From a virus (lineage: Duplodnaviria; Caudoviricetes), in IMG/VR virus record IMGVR_UViG_3300044670_001468, positions 1-49,568 of that record: DNA of 49,568 nucleotides. One strand, written 5' to 3'. The translations under genes were made by a program, and so were the position numbers. Under the pieces are notes generated by a model. It saw only the letters and a program-made list of their open reading frames with translations. It had not been told where the DNA came from and made no database searches. Of this stretch, positions 19,901 to 28,058 are shown in pieces; position 1 is the first letter of the stretch; every line of letters starts with the position of its first letter.

Positions 19901-22900
19901 TACCCACAGCAGGGTATGTTAACGTGGATGATATTGACATACAGACATGGACATTGGCCAATCTTGGATTAATAACACCGTTCCTAGAAGATCTGGGCGA
20001 AGGCACGACCATATGGGTGGCGAAAGACAATTTACATGACTGGAACATATACAGGACCGGTGTGGTTGAACCAACATTATTGACGGCAACGGACAACCTG
20101 GATGGAACGACCACCCTGAACTTCAGGGCAAGCCATGGATTGGCCAAGGATGACATCATCATAGTGAGATTCTTTGATGCCGCGGTCAACTTTGCCTACA
20201 GAGTGCTATCAGTTCCCGCACTGCACAAGGTGACCATACCAGCGTCATTACCTGCAGAGATCACGGTGATCGAATCTGAGGGCATCGTGTTCAAGCTCAA
20301 CTCAGTGCGTGTGGCACAACCAAGCGACACCGCCGACCTTCCTTTCGCAAATGAATTGGATCCAGGCAACAGGGTATGGATCAATGATGGTGGAGACGAC
20401 AAGTGGCAGGTCATAGAGAAGATCAACCCTTTTGTTAGACAGAATTCATTTGAACCATACGGCATTTACGAGAACAGTCTCACAGATGAGACATTGGTTA
20501 ACACGAACTTTGGATGTTCGGTGGCACAAAACGCAGAAAATTTAACAGCATTGGTTGGAGCAGACAACTATGCGTCAGGTAATGGTGCTGTGTTTACCTT
20601 TGTTGAAACTGCTAATAATGAATATGCACAGAACTCAATACTGACAGGTAGCTCAGCGAACAATTTAGCAGGTTATGGCAATGACGTGGCATTCGCGGAT
20701 GAAACTTGGGGACTAGCAGGTGCTTCTGAATCAAACAACGGTGAAGGATATGTTTGGATACTCAAACAACAAAACTCAAATCTAATATCAGAACACCAGT
20801 TAATGGTTAATCCAACAGACGCCAACGATGAGGCCAAGTTCGGTCATGCCGTTGTTATCAGCGATGATGGACGATGGGCCTATGTGTCAGCACCTGGCAA
20901 GAATTCAGTTTATGCCTATCAGAGGGTTGACAGGCAACTACAGAGATTTACGGCAACGGGAGATGGATCAACAGCACAGTATGATCTGTCAGATTACATA
21001 TTGGCAGACGATGCAGATCAATTGGCAGTGGTGGTCAACAACGTTGAACTAGCGGCCAATGCTTATTCATTTACTAGCTCAGTATCATCAACAGGTATAC
21101 TAACACTAGACACTCCAGCAGATGATGGCAAGAATGTCACAGTGACCAGGAGAGAAACGATAACACTGGAAGGTGATGGATCAACCACAGACTTTGACAT
21201 TACGGGATTATACACGGTGGACGGGTTCAATTCAATATTTGTCACAGTCAACGGCATAGTTCAGATACCCAAGATAGATTATGACTTCTCATTTGATAGC
21301 TCTGACACTTTCTCATTTGCCACTGCTCCGGCAGATGGTGCGAGTATCGTTGTCAGATCAAGCGACTACTTTGAATATGTGTCAACCATATCCGGACCGG
21401 CAGGAGAGGAATTTGGATATAGCCTGGCAACAACCACTGATGGTAGACAGGTAGTGGTGGGAGCCAGATCAGCCAACGGTGAGGGCAAGGTATATGTATA
21501 CGATAGAGACGTTGAGCGTTTTGTCGTAACTGATGACACAGACACGACGTATGTAACTGACAAGTCACCCCAGGGACGTGTGGCAGTCAGCATTAATGGA
21601 ACATACCTAACGAACTCAGCACATTATATCGGCGGAACATACACGGTGTCAGGTAGCACGGTTACATTGGCAACGGCACCTGAGCAAGGGGACTTCGTTG
21701 AGATAGAGACCAATAATTTCTTATTACTGGACTCAATAACCAAGACAACTTCTTTCGCAGGAGCACAGTTTGGTTATGATGTCACGATGTGTCCGACTAA
21801 CTGCTCACTCTATGCGTCAGCACCATATGATGGTGTGGTAGGACCAGAACAGGGATCAGTGCAACGTGCGGTAAACCAATCAAGACTATATGGAACCATA
21901 ACAGGAACGGTGACCAACCCAACAGTGACTCTGGGCGAGAAGATCAGGATCAACAACATTGTGGTGACATTCACAGGAACCACATTGGATCAAGTAGTTG
22001 AAGACATCAACGATGCTGTAATACCAAACGTGACGGCAAGCAAGACCAACAACAAACTAACGATCAGTCTAACAAACATCAACGCTGGTCCTGTCGCTAA
22101 CAAATTATATGTGTATCCGGCGGGCAACAATGCAGACGCACTCGACGACCTAGGATTAGAGATATTTAAGACAGTGCAGACTATCACGTCACCTGTGCCT
22201 GTAAACAATTCAAGATTTGGCCAAAGCCTATCAGTGAGCTCAGACGCACTGACACTAGTGGTGGGTTCTCCAAGAGGCGTCAGCCAATTACCGACCACAT
22301 TCGACAACAATACCACAACACTGGATGGTGACGCTACAGAGATCAGAGAGGTGGTCACACAGAGTGGTTCAGTATACACCTTTGATTACCTAGGTGGTGC
22401 TCCTGATACTATAGCGAACCCAGGTAAGTTCGTCTTTGGACAACAGATCGCAGACACATCAGTTGGTGAGCTATCAGAGTTTGGTGCCGCAGTTGACTAC
22501 AAGTCAGGTAGCATTATAGTGACATCTCCAGGGCACTATGCACAGGATGGATCATCACAGAGTGGTAGGATAGCAGTATGGGACAATCCAACGAGAGAGT
22601 TTGCTTGGAAGATCATTAGACAGGAAGAGGCAGTGGTTGACATTGAGAAGATCAATGCTGGATTCATATATGATAGAATTGATAAAGAAGTCAAAGCAAA
22701 CTTAGATTATTTTGATCCCCTACAGGGCAAGATACTAGGTGCGGTGAGACAGAACATCGACATAATAGGACCCACTGACCCAGCACAATACAATGTTGGA
22801 ACAACGAACAATTCAGGCCAGACCTGGGGTGCGGAGAGCGTGGGCAAGATCTGGTGGAACACAGAGAACGTTAGATTCATCAACCACTATCAGGGCGATG

Positions 22901-25900
22901 CTGAATACAGAGCCAAACGCCTAGGACAACTGTTCCCAGGATCGACCGCGGAATTCTACCAATGGACGGAAAGCTCACAACCACCAGCACAATACACAGG
23001 CAGTGGCACGGTCCTATCAACGACAAACTATGTCATAAGGACATCAGTGGCTCCCAATGGAACCATAGAGACCAAGTATTATTTCTGGATCAAGGATATC
23101 CCAACGGTGGCCAAGGGCAAGACATTGAGTCCATTGACCATGGCACAATACACCGAGGATCCAAAGTCAAGCGGCATAACATATTTCACTCCTTTGACCA
23201 GCTCAACCTTGGCATTATACAACGCTGGTGAATATCTAAGTGCGAGAGACAGGATACTGCACATTGAGTTTGACAAGATCAAGACTGACAACAACGTCCA
23301 CGTTGAGTATGAGCTGATCAAGACCAACGATCCAACGGAATTCCTAAGCACACAGGTATACAGGAAGTTCATCGACAGTTATGCGGGTGCTGATTCAATC
23401 GGCAACAAGGTCCCAGACCCATTCCTCTCGGAGGCTGATGCCTACGGAGTTGAGTTCCGCCCAAGACAATCCATGTTCGCGGATAGATTCACTGCACTCA
23501 AGAACTACATAACCAGAGCCAACAGAGTGTTTGCGAAACATCCTATAGTGGAGATGAGAACATTGGACATCCTTAACAGCCAGGAGCAGGAACCAGTGTC
23601 AGGATCAGGCGCCTGGAACAAGAGATTGCTGACCTATGAGGAACTGACATATCAAGATCTCAGATTGGTGGCGACAGGATACAAATATCTGGTGGCCAAT
23701 GATGCCAATAACGGAAACCTATGGACCATATATGAGGTCCAGGCAGATGACACATTATTATTGACCAGGGTCCAAAATTTCAAGACCACGAACTACTGGA
23801 CACACATTGATTACTATGTTGAAGGATATTCAGCATTGAACAAGCCCAAGGAGGAAGTGGCCACGTTCTCCAGACTGGCAACGGTCGAGAGCAAGGTGGC
23901 ATTGGGAGACGTGGTCAAGGTCACGGCCAACGCAGATGGCAAGTTTGAGCTTTATGTGAGAACGGCTATCGGATGGGATCGAATAGGGCTTGAGGATGGA
24001 ACCATAGAGATCAATTCAAGCATCTATGACTACTCATTGGGACGCAATGGATTTGATGTCGAGGTATTTGACGCACAATACTTTGATGCTGAACCAGTGT
24101 TAGAGACACGCCAGATAATCAAGTCAATCAATGATGAGATATTAATTGATGATCTAGCAGATCACAGGATCGATCTGATCAATCTAACATTTGAATACAT
24201 CAAGAGTGAGCAGACCGCGGTCAACTGGTTAATGAAGACATCATTGGTCGACATCAGACACACATTGAGAGATCTCATACCGTATGACATCTATCAAACG
24301 GATAACCAAGAGTTCGTCCAGAAATACATAGAAGAGGTCAAACCTTATCACGTCCAGATCAAGGAATTCACCTTGAAATACAATGGTGATGATCTATTCC
24401 AGGGAGATGCCACGGACTTTGACTTACCAGCACAATATGATCAGGCCGAGGACAGATTCATCAGTCCACGTTTGAGCAATGATGGACAGATCGGAAGTTA
24501 TCCATCAACCGCTAACATTTGGACCACAGGTAATTACTCATCATGGTATAACAATTACTCATTGAGCATTGATTCCGTGTCGATCACAGCATCAGGGTCA
24601 GGCTATCTCACAGCACCAACGGTGACCGTTGTGGGAACAGCAACGACCACCGCAGTGTTAGAGGCAAGGCTCAACACGGCAGGGCAAGTGGTTGAGATAG
24701 AGGTCATCAACCCAGGAGCGGGTTACACAGAGGCACCAACTATTACTATATCAGGAGGCAGTGGCACTGGAGCCAAGGCCGTGGCTATAACAAGCCCAGG
24801 CACTGTTCGCTCATACAAGACGACTATCAAGTATGACCGCTATGAATACCAATCAGAGATAATTGATTGGGTAGCAAACGATACATATGAAGCAGGCACG
24901 TTGGTGAGATACAATGCCAAGGTATACCGTGCCAAGAATGAGGATGACTCAACATTGGTCGTCACGGGTGCGACATTTGATCCAGATGACTTTGAGATAG
25001 TGACAGCAGACGAGCTAACAGGCATCAACAGGACCAGGGGATATTATGTTCCAGCAGTTGATGAGCCAGGATTGGATCTTGGATTATTAATGGCAGGCAT
25101 TGACTATCCAGGTGTGCAGGTCAAGGGCGTGCTATACAGCCAAAATACTGGCTTTGACGTTGGCAACTATGACATCAATCCATGGGACAACTTGGACTTT
25201 GGAGATGAGGGAGAACCAACATACTCCGAGACATTATTGGATACGGCATACAATCCAGGCGACTACACCGACACTTATCTTGGAACACAGGTCAGCGACA
25301 TCAACGTGGATGGTGGTGCATACATCGACACATACTCATCACACTCACCAGAGGAATTGGTGCCAAGCTCGATCTTTGACACACTGAACATCAAGGTGTT
25401 CACCCGTCCTGGCTTCGACTATGACAATGACGGGCACGGTGCTCCATTTAAATCAATGATGATAGACTACACCGGTGCCGTGAACACATTTAACTTTGGC
25501 GCACTGGTTGAGAATCCGTTCGCTGTCCGAGCATTTAATGTTACAACAGGGTTGACACTGAGATTTGAATACGTGAGCCCGGCAGTTAACACCGTTGACT
25601 ACACCGTTGATTGGTTGAACAAGCGAATAACATTCAATGGCAATAACATATCCGTTGGCGACATCCTACGCATCGAGTCATATGGCATCGGTGGTGGTGA
25701 TCAGCTATGGGTTGAGAACTATGACGTTGATGATCTGTTGATAGACGGATCAACTGAGGGACTATACATTGACGTTCCTGTGGCATTTGACCAGATCTAT
25801 GAGGCCATGATCAAGGTCAATGGATCACGTGTTACTAACTACACGTTCTCAGAGATAGACGCTTATACCACGAGGATAGAATTCGGAACCAACTCAGTGG

Positions 25901-27333
25901 ATGGTGATTCCAGCATTGACACTGACAAGGTCAAATACTTCTCAACAGAACCATTGGAGTCAGGTGACTACATAGCAGTGGCCATATTTGGATATGATCA
26001 AAACGACGTGTCGACGATACCTGGCTATGTCACCCATGATGAATCATTGGTGCACTCTTCCAGCCATCCAACATCACAGATCATGTATGGTGTGAGTGGC
26101 ACTAAAGAATTCGTATTAGAGAACGACATACAGGGCCATAACGCATACACGGCAGTGGTCGAGGTCGATGGTGTCAGACTGACACCGGCAGAGGGATTGG
26201 AATTCACCGCTGATGGATCCGGTGCTGACTTTTATCTGGATCTAACCAATTGGAAGACCTCAGAGAGCCTATTCCAGACCCTGATAGCGGACAATGATGT
26301 CCACGTATTCGTTGACTATGAGAAACTTAAACTATATGAGGACTTCACATTGTCTCCAGTGGACGGAAGCTCCATAAGATATGTGTCGCTGAACGAGGTT
26401 CCTGCGGCCGGTGCAGACATCAAGATCTTCGTGGAGACCTCGGCCGAATACAAGATATCATACTCAGGCGTTCCGGTGAGCTCACAGAACAAGATCACTT
26501 TCAATTCAGCACCGATAGCAGGTGCCCACATCATGGTCACGACCGACAACAATACCAGCGAGCTTGACATACTGACACGATGCTTTAACGGACCAACAGC
26601 GATCGGACAGTCAATCAGCATTGGTTATGATCAGATAGGGTTTGACAATGACACCTTTGATGAGACCACGGGAAGTGTTGTTGACCTGAGCCAGTATGAC
26701 CTAGGCAGGACCATAACACGTCCAAACAAACTACGTGTGTCAGTCAACGGTCTACGCAAATACTTTGGCCGTGATTGGAGGATCAATGCTGATCAACAGA
26801 CGATTGAATTCCTATCAACCACGGTCAGTGACAATGACATAGTCGTGGTGACCCTACAGACAGAGAAAGAGGTTCCGGACACATTGGACTTCCAGATCTT
26901 CAAGGACATGAGGAATAACAATGCGATCTACAGGACCAATAGCGATTATAGAACGACACTAACACAGGCACTTTCAGCAACAGATGATACTATATATGTG
27001 TTAGATGCGGGTAAACTATCAGCACCGGACCTAGCAAATAATCAGTTTGGTGTAGTCACGATAGATGGTGAGAGAATAACATATAGATCAAGAGATGTTA
27101 CAAATAACACCATCAGCGGACTGCGTAGGGGTGTTGCAGGAACGGCGGCTACATCACATGCTATAACAGCAACGGTCTATGACACATCATTGGGCACCAA
27201 GTTGGACTACGCATACAACAAGACCTTGTATGAGTTACCTCTGATAGATGATGGGTCCAGCGTGAGAACTGGCAAGAGCTTACAGGATGCCATAACGGTC
27301 CCGGCCAAGTTCCTTAGGGGTGAAAATTCATAG
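13936..27333 (+). CDS. giant (4465 aa) multi-domain baseplate/virion structural protein (gp7-position)
   Basis: Uninterrupted ORF coupled to gp6 (TAATG). Starts with the LLPEIFRT..NKKFL motif. Contains FG-GAP-like repeats, CBM5/12-like modules, GSGY..APTV repeats and a C-terminal ID.ERI.Y...GLRRG..GT.A..H module. Confidence 0.8.
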   Translation: MATTRIRSVDLLPEIFRTETNKKFLASTLDQMIQPSRLQRVEGYVGRTYGLGVNTVDNYVLEPDKERTNYQLEPAITYKVANTARTKDLITYPEILDAIQVRGGNVTRHDRLFSSEFYSWDPFVDYDKFVNFGQYYWLSGGPDTVDVQATEIALSDSFEVTRSDDGYGLEGQAGDNPTITLVRGGNYTFEVQQDGNPFWIQASPGTQGGLTQSPNISARGILGVTNNGEDNGTVRFNVPDSTAQNFYFNLTDLGDVDLATDLKFDEINNRYVDEFLDDTDGIDEIRDLNGRTVIFLNRNTETDPELSGWRRTDQFDNANFDIEAYAQETEITTSAQRYSVWRIEYVAGPDGRNYIKLNSILSVPQNSKVQIQYGTVNSSRTFWKNAEGFFEEQPLLTAVMDQLWYQDGNDATKFGVIKIVDQADQLTLDVEEEIVGKVNYTSPNGVVFTNGLKVKFRGTTDPATYQDNEFYVEGVGTAIQLLPVDDFRTPETYTDSETLPFDSTAYDASPWDESLNAPKDADYFTINKASHDKNPWTRSNRWTHIDVITKTAEYNETTAILDQNLRAKRPIVEFKAGLRLYNFGTEGKQQIDIIDLTQTDALSNVNGKTGYSIDGYGLVNGTRVIFANDTDPQVRNKIYQVELIDEDGVSSTAKIINLTVASDGAVSTDQVVYLSSGATLQGKSYRYNGTSWVAAQQKTKVNQAPLFDVFDSSGRSLSDNTYYPSTNFKGTKLFSYAEGSGAVDTILNQRLKYLNINNVGDIVFDNNLEKDTFTYTVDSTSTTKSINFGFVHNYSNRTAYSQEIGWKKHNNKSTQYQALAFTYAGVALVCDVPARTTVDNPVIVYVNNEYQDSNKYTYTVSGKQTTVSFLADYAPATGANVVIKLQSDSASSVGFYEVPDNLANNSPNGTFNDITLGTIRNHYIDLAQNIKELSGALLGKNNIRDLGDVVPYGNRIVQQGSPLQFAATFARDSNINFFEALEYSGQEYEKYKWKLIEAFSKNDFQGTIRDQLDQALALVNEGKESSMPFYWSDTIPCGDVYTETTYTVTAIDDDIFDLTQTYDFTKANYKGLLIYLNDVQLIHNTDYTVPANAARVEISKALVVGDVLVIREYESTVGSYVPPTPTKLGLYAKYKPEIATDNTYTTTQTVVIGHDGSRTVGFGDARDDLLLEFEKRIYNNIKVPTSNAIPLCLEDVAPGKFRTTDYTQAEITDILGTSFLSWVAWNRLDYKTQDYDGDDQRTWNYSSASDTIDGELLLGHWRGIFNDFYDTDTPHTTPWKMIGFTEKPTWWNNKYGPAPYTSGNKVLWDDLEAGRIWDGVDTYTVDEKFKRPRLSQVLPVDDEGNLRTAFNTMTGNYDSLSLRKSWVVGDQGPVESAWRRSSAFPFAVMRLLALTKPAEFFALNADRDLYKRETGLNQILYDGRSRITTDGLTIYGANTAKHSYINWSVDYARKQGINTNTEIEETLKNMNVQLVYRMASYSDKEYLKIFTEKTSPNSNNTSLLLPDESYEVFLHNNEVFDTVEYSSVIIQRTADGWAVYGNSKLDPYFEIYTSIPNGNYRTVTVGSESVRVSSDFDTAVTRVPYGYVFTSRSTMCDFLISYGRYLEAKGMVFDDVDNSYLLDWTQMIREFLYWSQQGWTEGSLININPNANRLYLERANTVVAPIVGQTADDFILNQNLRAISNSDLVFNRLDNKFEVKTTNENAISYAKMKMTSYEHVLVFDNSSIFNDLIYDPITGSRQSRLKIVGYNTGDWNGNIEAQGFIFNFDNVVEWSGTKRYSKGDIVLYKNQYYAAAEPVPPSDMFNYAKWLETEYDNIKKGLLPNLSLKTDQLRDYYDHNIANLENDADQLGFHLVGFEQRNYMTNMGLDDISQVRVYENFIGNKGTKRATDLFKSARLPKELANYEIFENWAVRQGTYGASANRSFYELRLDEAKMSSNPATVGLSTSESRTDVDQTVILSDIYKQSYKITTANVLPTLNYVSSERNLPTAGYVNVDDIDIQTWTLANLGLITPFLEDLGEGTTIWVAKDNLHDWNIYRTGVVEPTLLTATDNLDGTTTLNFRASHGLAKDDIIIVRFFDAAVNFAYRVLSVPALHKVTIPASLPAEITVIESEGIVFKLNSVRVAQPSDTADLPFANELDPGNRVWINDGGDDKWQVIEKINPFVRQNSFEPYGIYENSLTDETLVNTNFGCSVAQNAENLTALVGADNYASGNGAVFTFVETANNEYAQNSILTGSSANNLAGYGNDVAFADETWGLAGASESNNGEGYVWILKQQNSNLISEHQLMVNPTDANDEAKFGHAVVISDDGRWAYVSAPGKNSVYAYQRVDRQLQRFTATGDGSTAQYDLSDYILADDADQLAVVVNNVELAANAYSFTSSVSSTGILTLDTPADDGKNVTVTRRETITLEGDGSTTDFDITGLYTVDGFNSIFVTVNGIVQIPKIDYDFSFDSSDTFSFATAPADGASIVVRSSDYFEYVSTISGPAGEEFGYSLATTTDGRQVVVGARSANGEGKVYVYDRDVERFVVTDDTDTTYVTDKSPQGRVAVSINGTYLTNSAHYIGGTYTVSGSTVTLATAPEQGDFVEIETNNFLLLDSITKTTSFAGAQFGYDVTMCPTNCSLYASAPYDGVVGPEQGSVQRAVNQSRLYGTITGTVTNPTVTLGEKIRINNIVVTFTGTTLDQVVEDINDAVIPNVTASKTNNKLTISLTNINAGPVANKLYVYPAGNNADALDDLGLEIFKTVQTITSPVPVNNSRFGQSLSVSSDALTLVVGSPRGVSQLPTTFDNNTTTLDGDATEIREVVTQSGSVYTFDYLGGAPDTIANPGKFVFGQQIADTSVGELSEFGAAVDYKSGSIIVTSPGHYAQDGSSQSGRIAVWDNPTREFAWKIIRQEEAVVDIEKINAGFIYDRIDKEVKANLDYFDPLQGKILGAVRQNIDIIGPTDPAQYNVGTTNNSGQTWGAESVGKIWWNTENVRFINHYQGDAEYRAKRLGQLFPGSTAEFYQWTESSQPPAQYTGSGTVLSTTNYVIRTSVAPNGTIETKYYFWIKDIPTVAKGKTLSPLTMAQYTEDPKSSGITYFTPLTSSTLALYNAGEYLSARDRILHIEFDKIKTDNNVHVEYELIKTNDPTEFLSTQVYRKFIDSYAGADSIGNKVPDPFLSEADAYGVEFRPRQSMFADRFTALKNYITRANRVFAKHPIVEMRTLDILNSQEQEPVSGSGAWNKRLLTYEELTYQDLRLVATGYKYLVANDANNGNLWTIYEVQADDTLLLTRVQNFKTTNYWTHIDYYVEGYSALNKPKEEVATFSRLATVESKVALGDVVKVTANADGKFELYVRTAIGWDRIGLEDGTIEINSSIYDYSLGRNGFDVEVFDAQYFDAEPVLETRQIIKSINDEILIDDLADHRIDLINLTFEYIKSEQTAVNWLMKTSLVDIRHTLRDLIPYDIYQTDNQEFVQKYIEEVKPYHVQIKEFTLKYNGDDLFQGDATDFDLPAQYDQAEDRFISPRLSNDGQIGSYPSTANIWTTGNYSSWYNNYSLSIDSVSITASGSGYLTAPTVTVVGTATTTAVLEARLNTAGQVVEIEVINPGAGYTEAPTITISGGSGTGAKAVAITSPGTVRSYKTTIKYDRYEYQSEIIDWVANDTYEAGTLVRYNAKVYRAKNEDDSTLVVTGATFDPDDFEIVTADELTGINRTRGYYVPAVDEPGLDLGLLMAGIDYPGVQVKGVLYSQNTGFDVGNYDINPWDNLDFGDEGEPTYSETLLDTAYNPGDYTDTYLGTQVSDINVDGGAYIDTYSSHSPEELVPSSIFDTLNIKVFTRPGFDYDNDGHGAPFKSMMIDYTGAVNTFNFGALVENPFAVRAFNVTTGLTLRFEYVSPAVNTVDYTVDWLNKRITFNGNNISVGDILRIESYGIGGGDQLWVENYDVDDLLIDGSTEGLYIDVPVAFDQIYEAMIKVNGSRVTNYTFSEIDAYTTRIEFGTNSVDGDSSIDTDKVKYFSTEPLESGDYIAVAIFGYDQNDVSTIPGYVTHDESLVHSSSHPTSQIMYGVSGTKEFVLENDIQGHNAYTAVVEVDGVRLTPAEGLEFTADGSGADFYLDLTNWKTSESLFQTLIADNDVHVFVDYEKLKLYEDFTLSPVDGSSIRYVSLNEVPAAGADIKIFVETSAEYKISYSGVPVSSQNKITFNSAPIAGAHIMVTTDNNTSELDILTRCFNGPTAIGQSISIGYDQIGFDNDTFDETTGSVVDLSQYDLGRTITRPNKLRVSVNGLRKYFGRDWRINADQQTIEFLSTTVSDNDIVVVTLQTEKEVPDTLDFQIFKDMRNNNAIYRTNSDYRTTLTQALSATDDTIYVLDAGKLSAPDLANNQFGVVTIDGERITYRSRDVTNNTISGLRRGVAGTAATSHAITATVYDTSLGTKLDYAYNKTLYELPLIDDGSSVRTGKSLQDAITVPAKFLRGENS

Positions 27334-27335
27334 TG

Positions 27336-27343
27336 GATAAATA
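27336..27343 (+). promoter_or_regulatory. T4-like late promoter (GATAAATA) 4 nt before ATG 27348
   Basis: Sequence GATAAATA-tagt-ATG. Confidence 0.6.
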
Positions 27344-27347
27344 TAGT

Positions 27348-27998
27348 ATGGACGAAAAACAAGAAACTAAAATGACAGAAGACAACAAACAACCAAACGA
27401 GAACAGTGGCATCCTCATCCAGGGCCATCTAAAGATATTTGATCCTAACTCTAAGGAAGTCATAGTGGACAAGCGTAATGCCATACACTATGAGAACTTC
27501 TCTAACAGCCTGGCACAGGCCATGGCCAACAAGGACAAGGGATACATCTATCAAATGGCATTTGGTAATGGTGGATCATCAGTGGACACCACGGGTGTTA
27601 TCACATATCTACCACCAAACATTTCAGGACAGAACGCTGATCTATATAATCAAACATACCAAAAAGTGGTTGATGACACTTCATCAGCGAACACTGACCC
27701 TACCCGAAACAAGCTAACGGTTCTACACACTTCGGGCAAGGTATACACTGACATTTTAGTAAGTTGCTTGCTAGACTATGGTGAACCAAGCGGACAGCAG
27801 GCATTTGACAATTCAACGAACCTAGATGGTGATTTCGTGTTCGATGAGTTGGGATTAAAGACATGGCAAGGATCAACTTCAGACCTTGACTTGGTGACAC
27901 ATGTTATCTTCCACCCTGTTCAGAAGTCTTTGAACAGACAGATACAGATAGATTACACGGTGAGGATACAAACATTGACCAATTTGAGCACCACTTAA
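27348..27998 (+). CDS. virion structural protein (baseplate / fibre-attachment type)
   Basis: GHLKIFD...NAIH...MAFGNGG...FDELGL...THVIFHPVQKS.NR.IQI.YT.RI. ATG 27348 preferred over the GTG at 27333. Confidence 0.6.
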   Translation: MDEKQETKMTEDNKQPNENSGILIQGHLKIFDPNSKEVIVDKRNAIHYENFSNSLAQAMANKDKGYIYQMAFGNGGSSVDTTGVITYLPPNISGQNADLYNQTYQKVVDDTSSANTDPTRNKLTVLHTSGKVYTDILVSCLLDYGEPSGQQAFDNSTNLDGDFVFDELGLKTWQGSTSDLDLVTHVIFHPVQKSLNRQIQIDYTVRIQTLTNLSTT

Positions 27999-28019
27999 AT
28001 GTGCTTAGTTAATAGGTCT

Positions 28020-28027
28020 GATAAATA
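28020..28027 (+). promoter_or_regulatory. T4-like late promoter (GATAAATA)
   Basis: Intergenic, followed by a GGAG SD and ATG 28059. Confidence 0.7.
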
Positions 28028-28058
28028 ATAGTTATAAAAAGGATACGGAGTATAAGAG

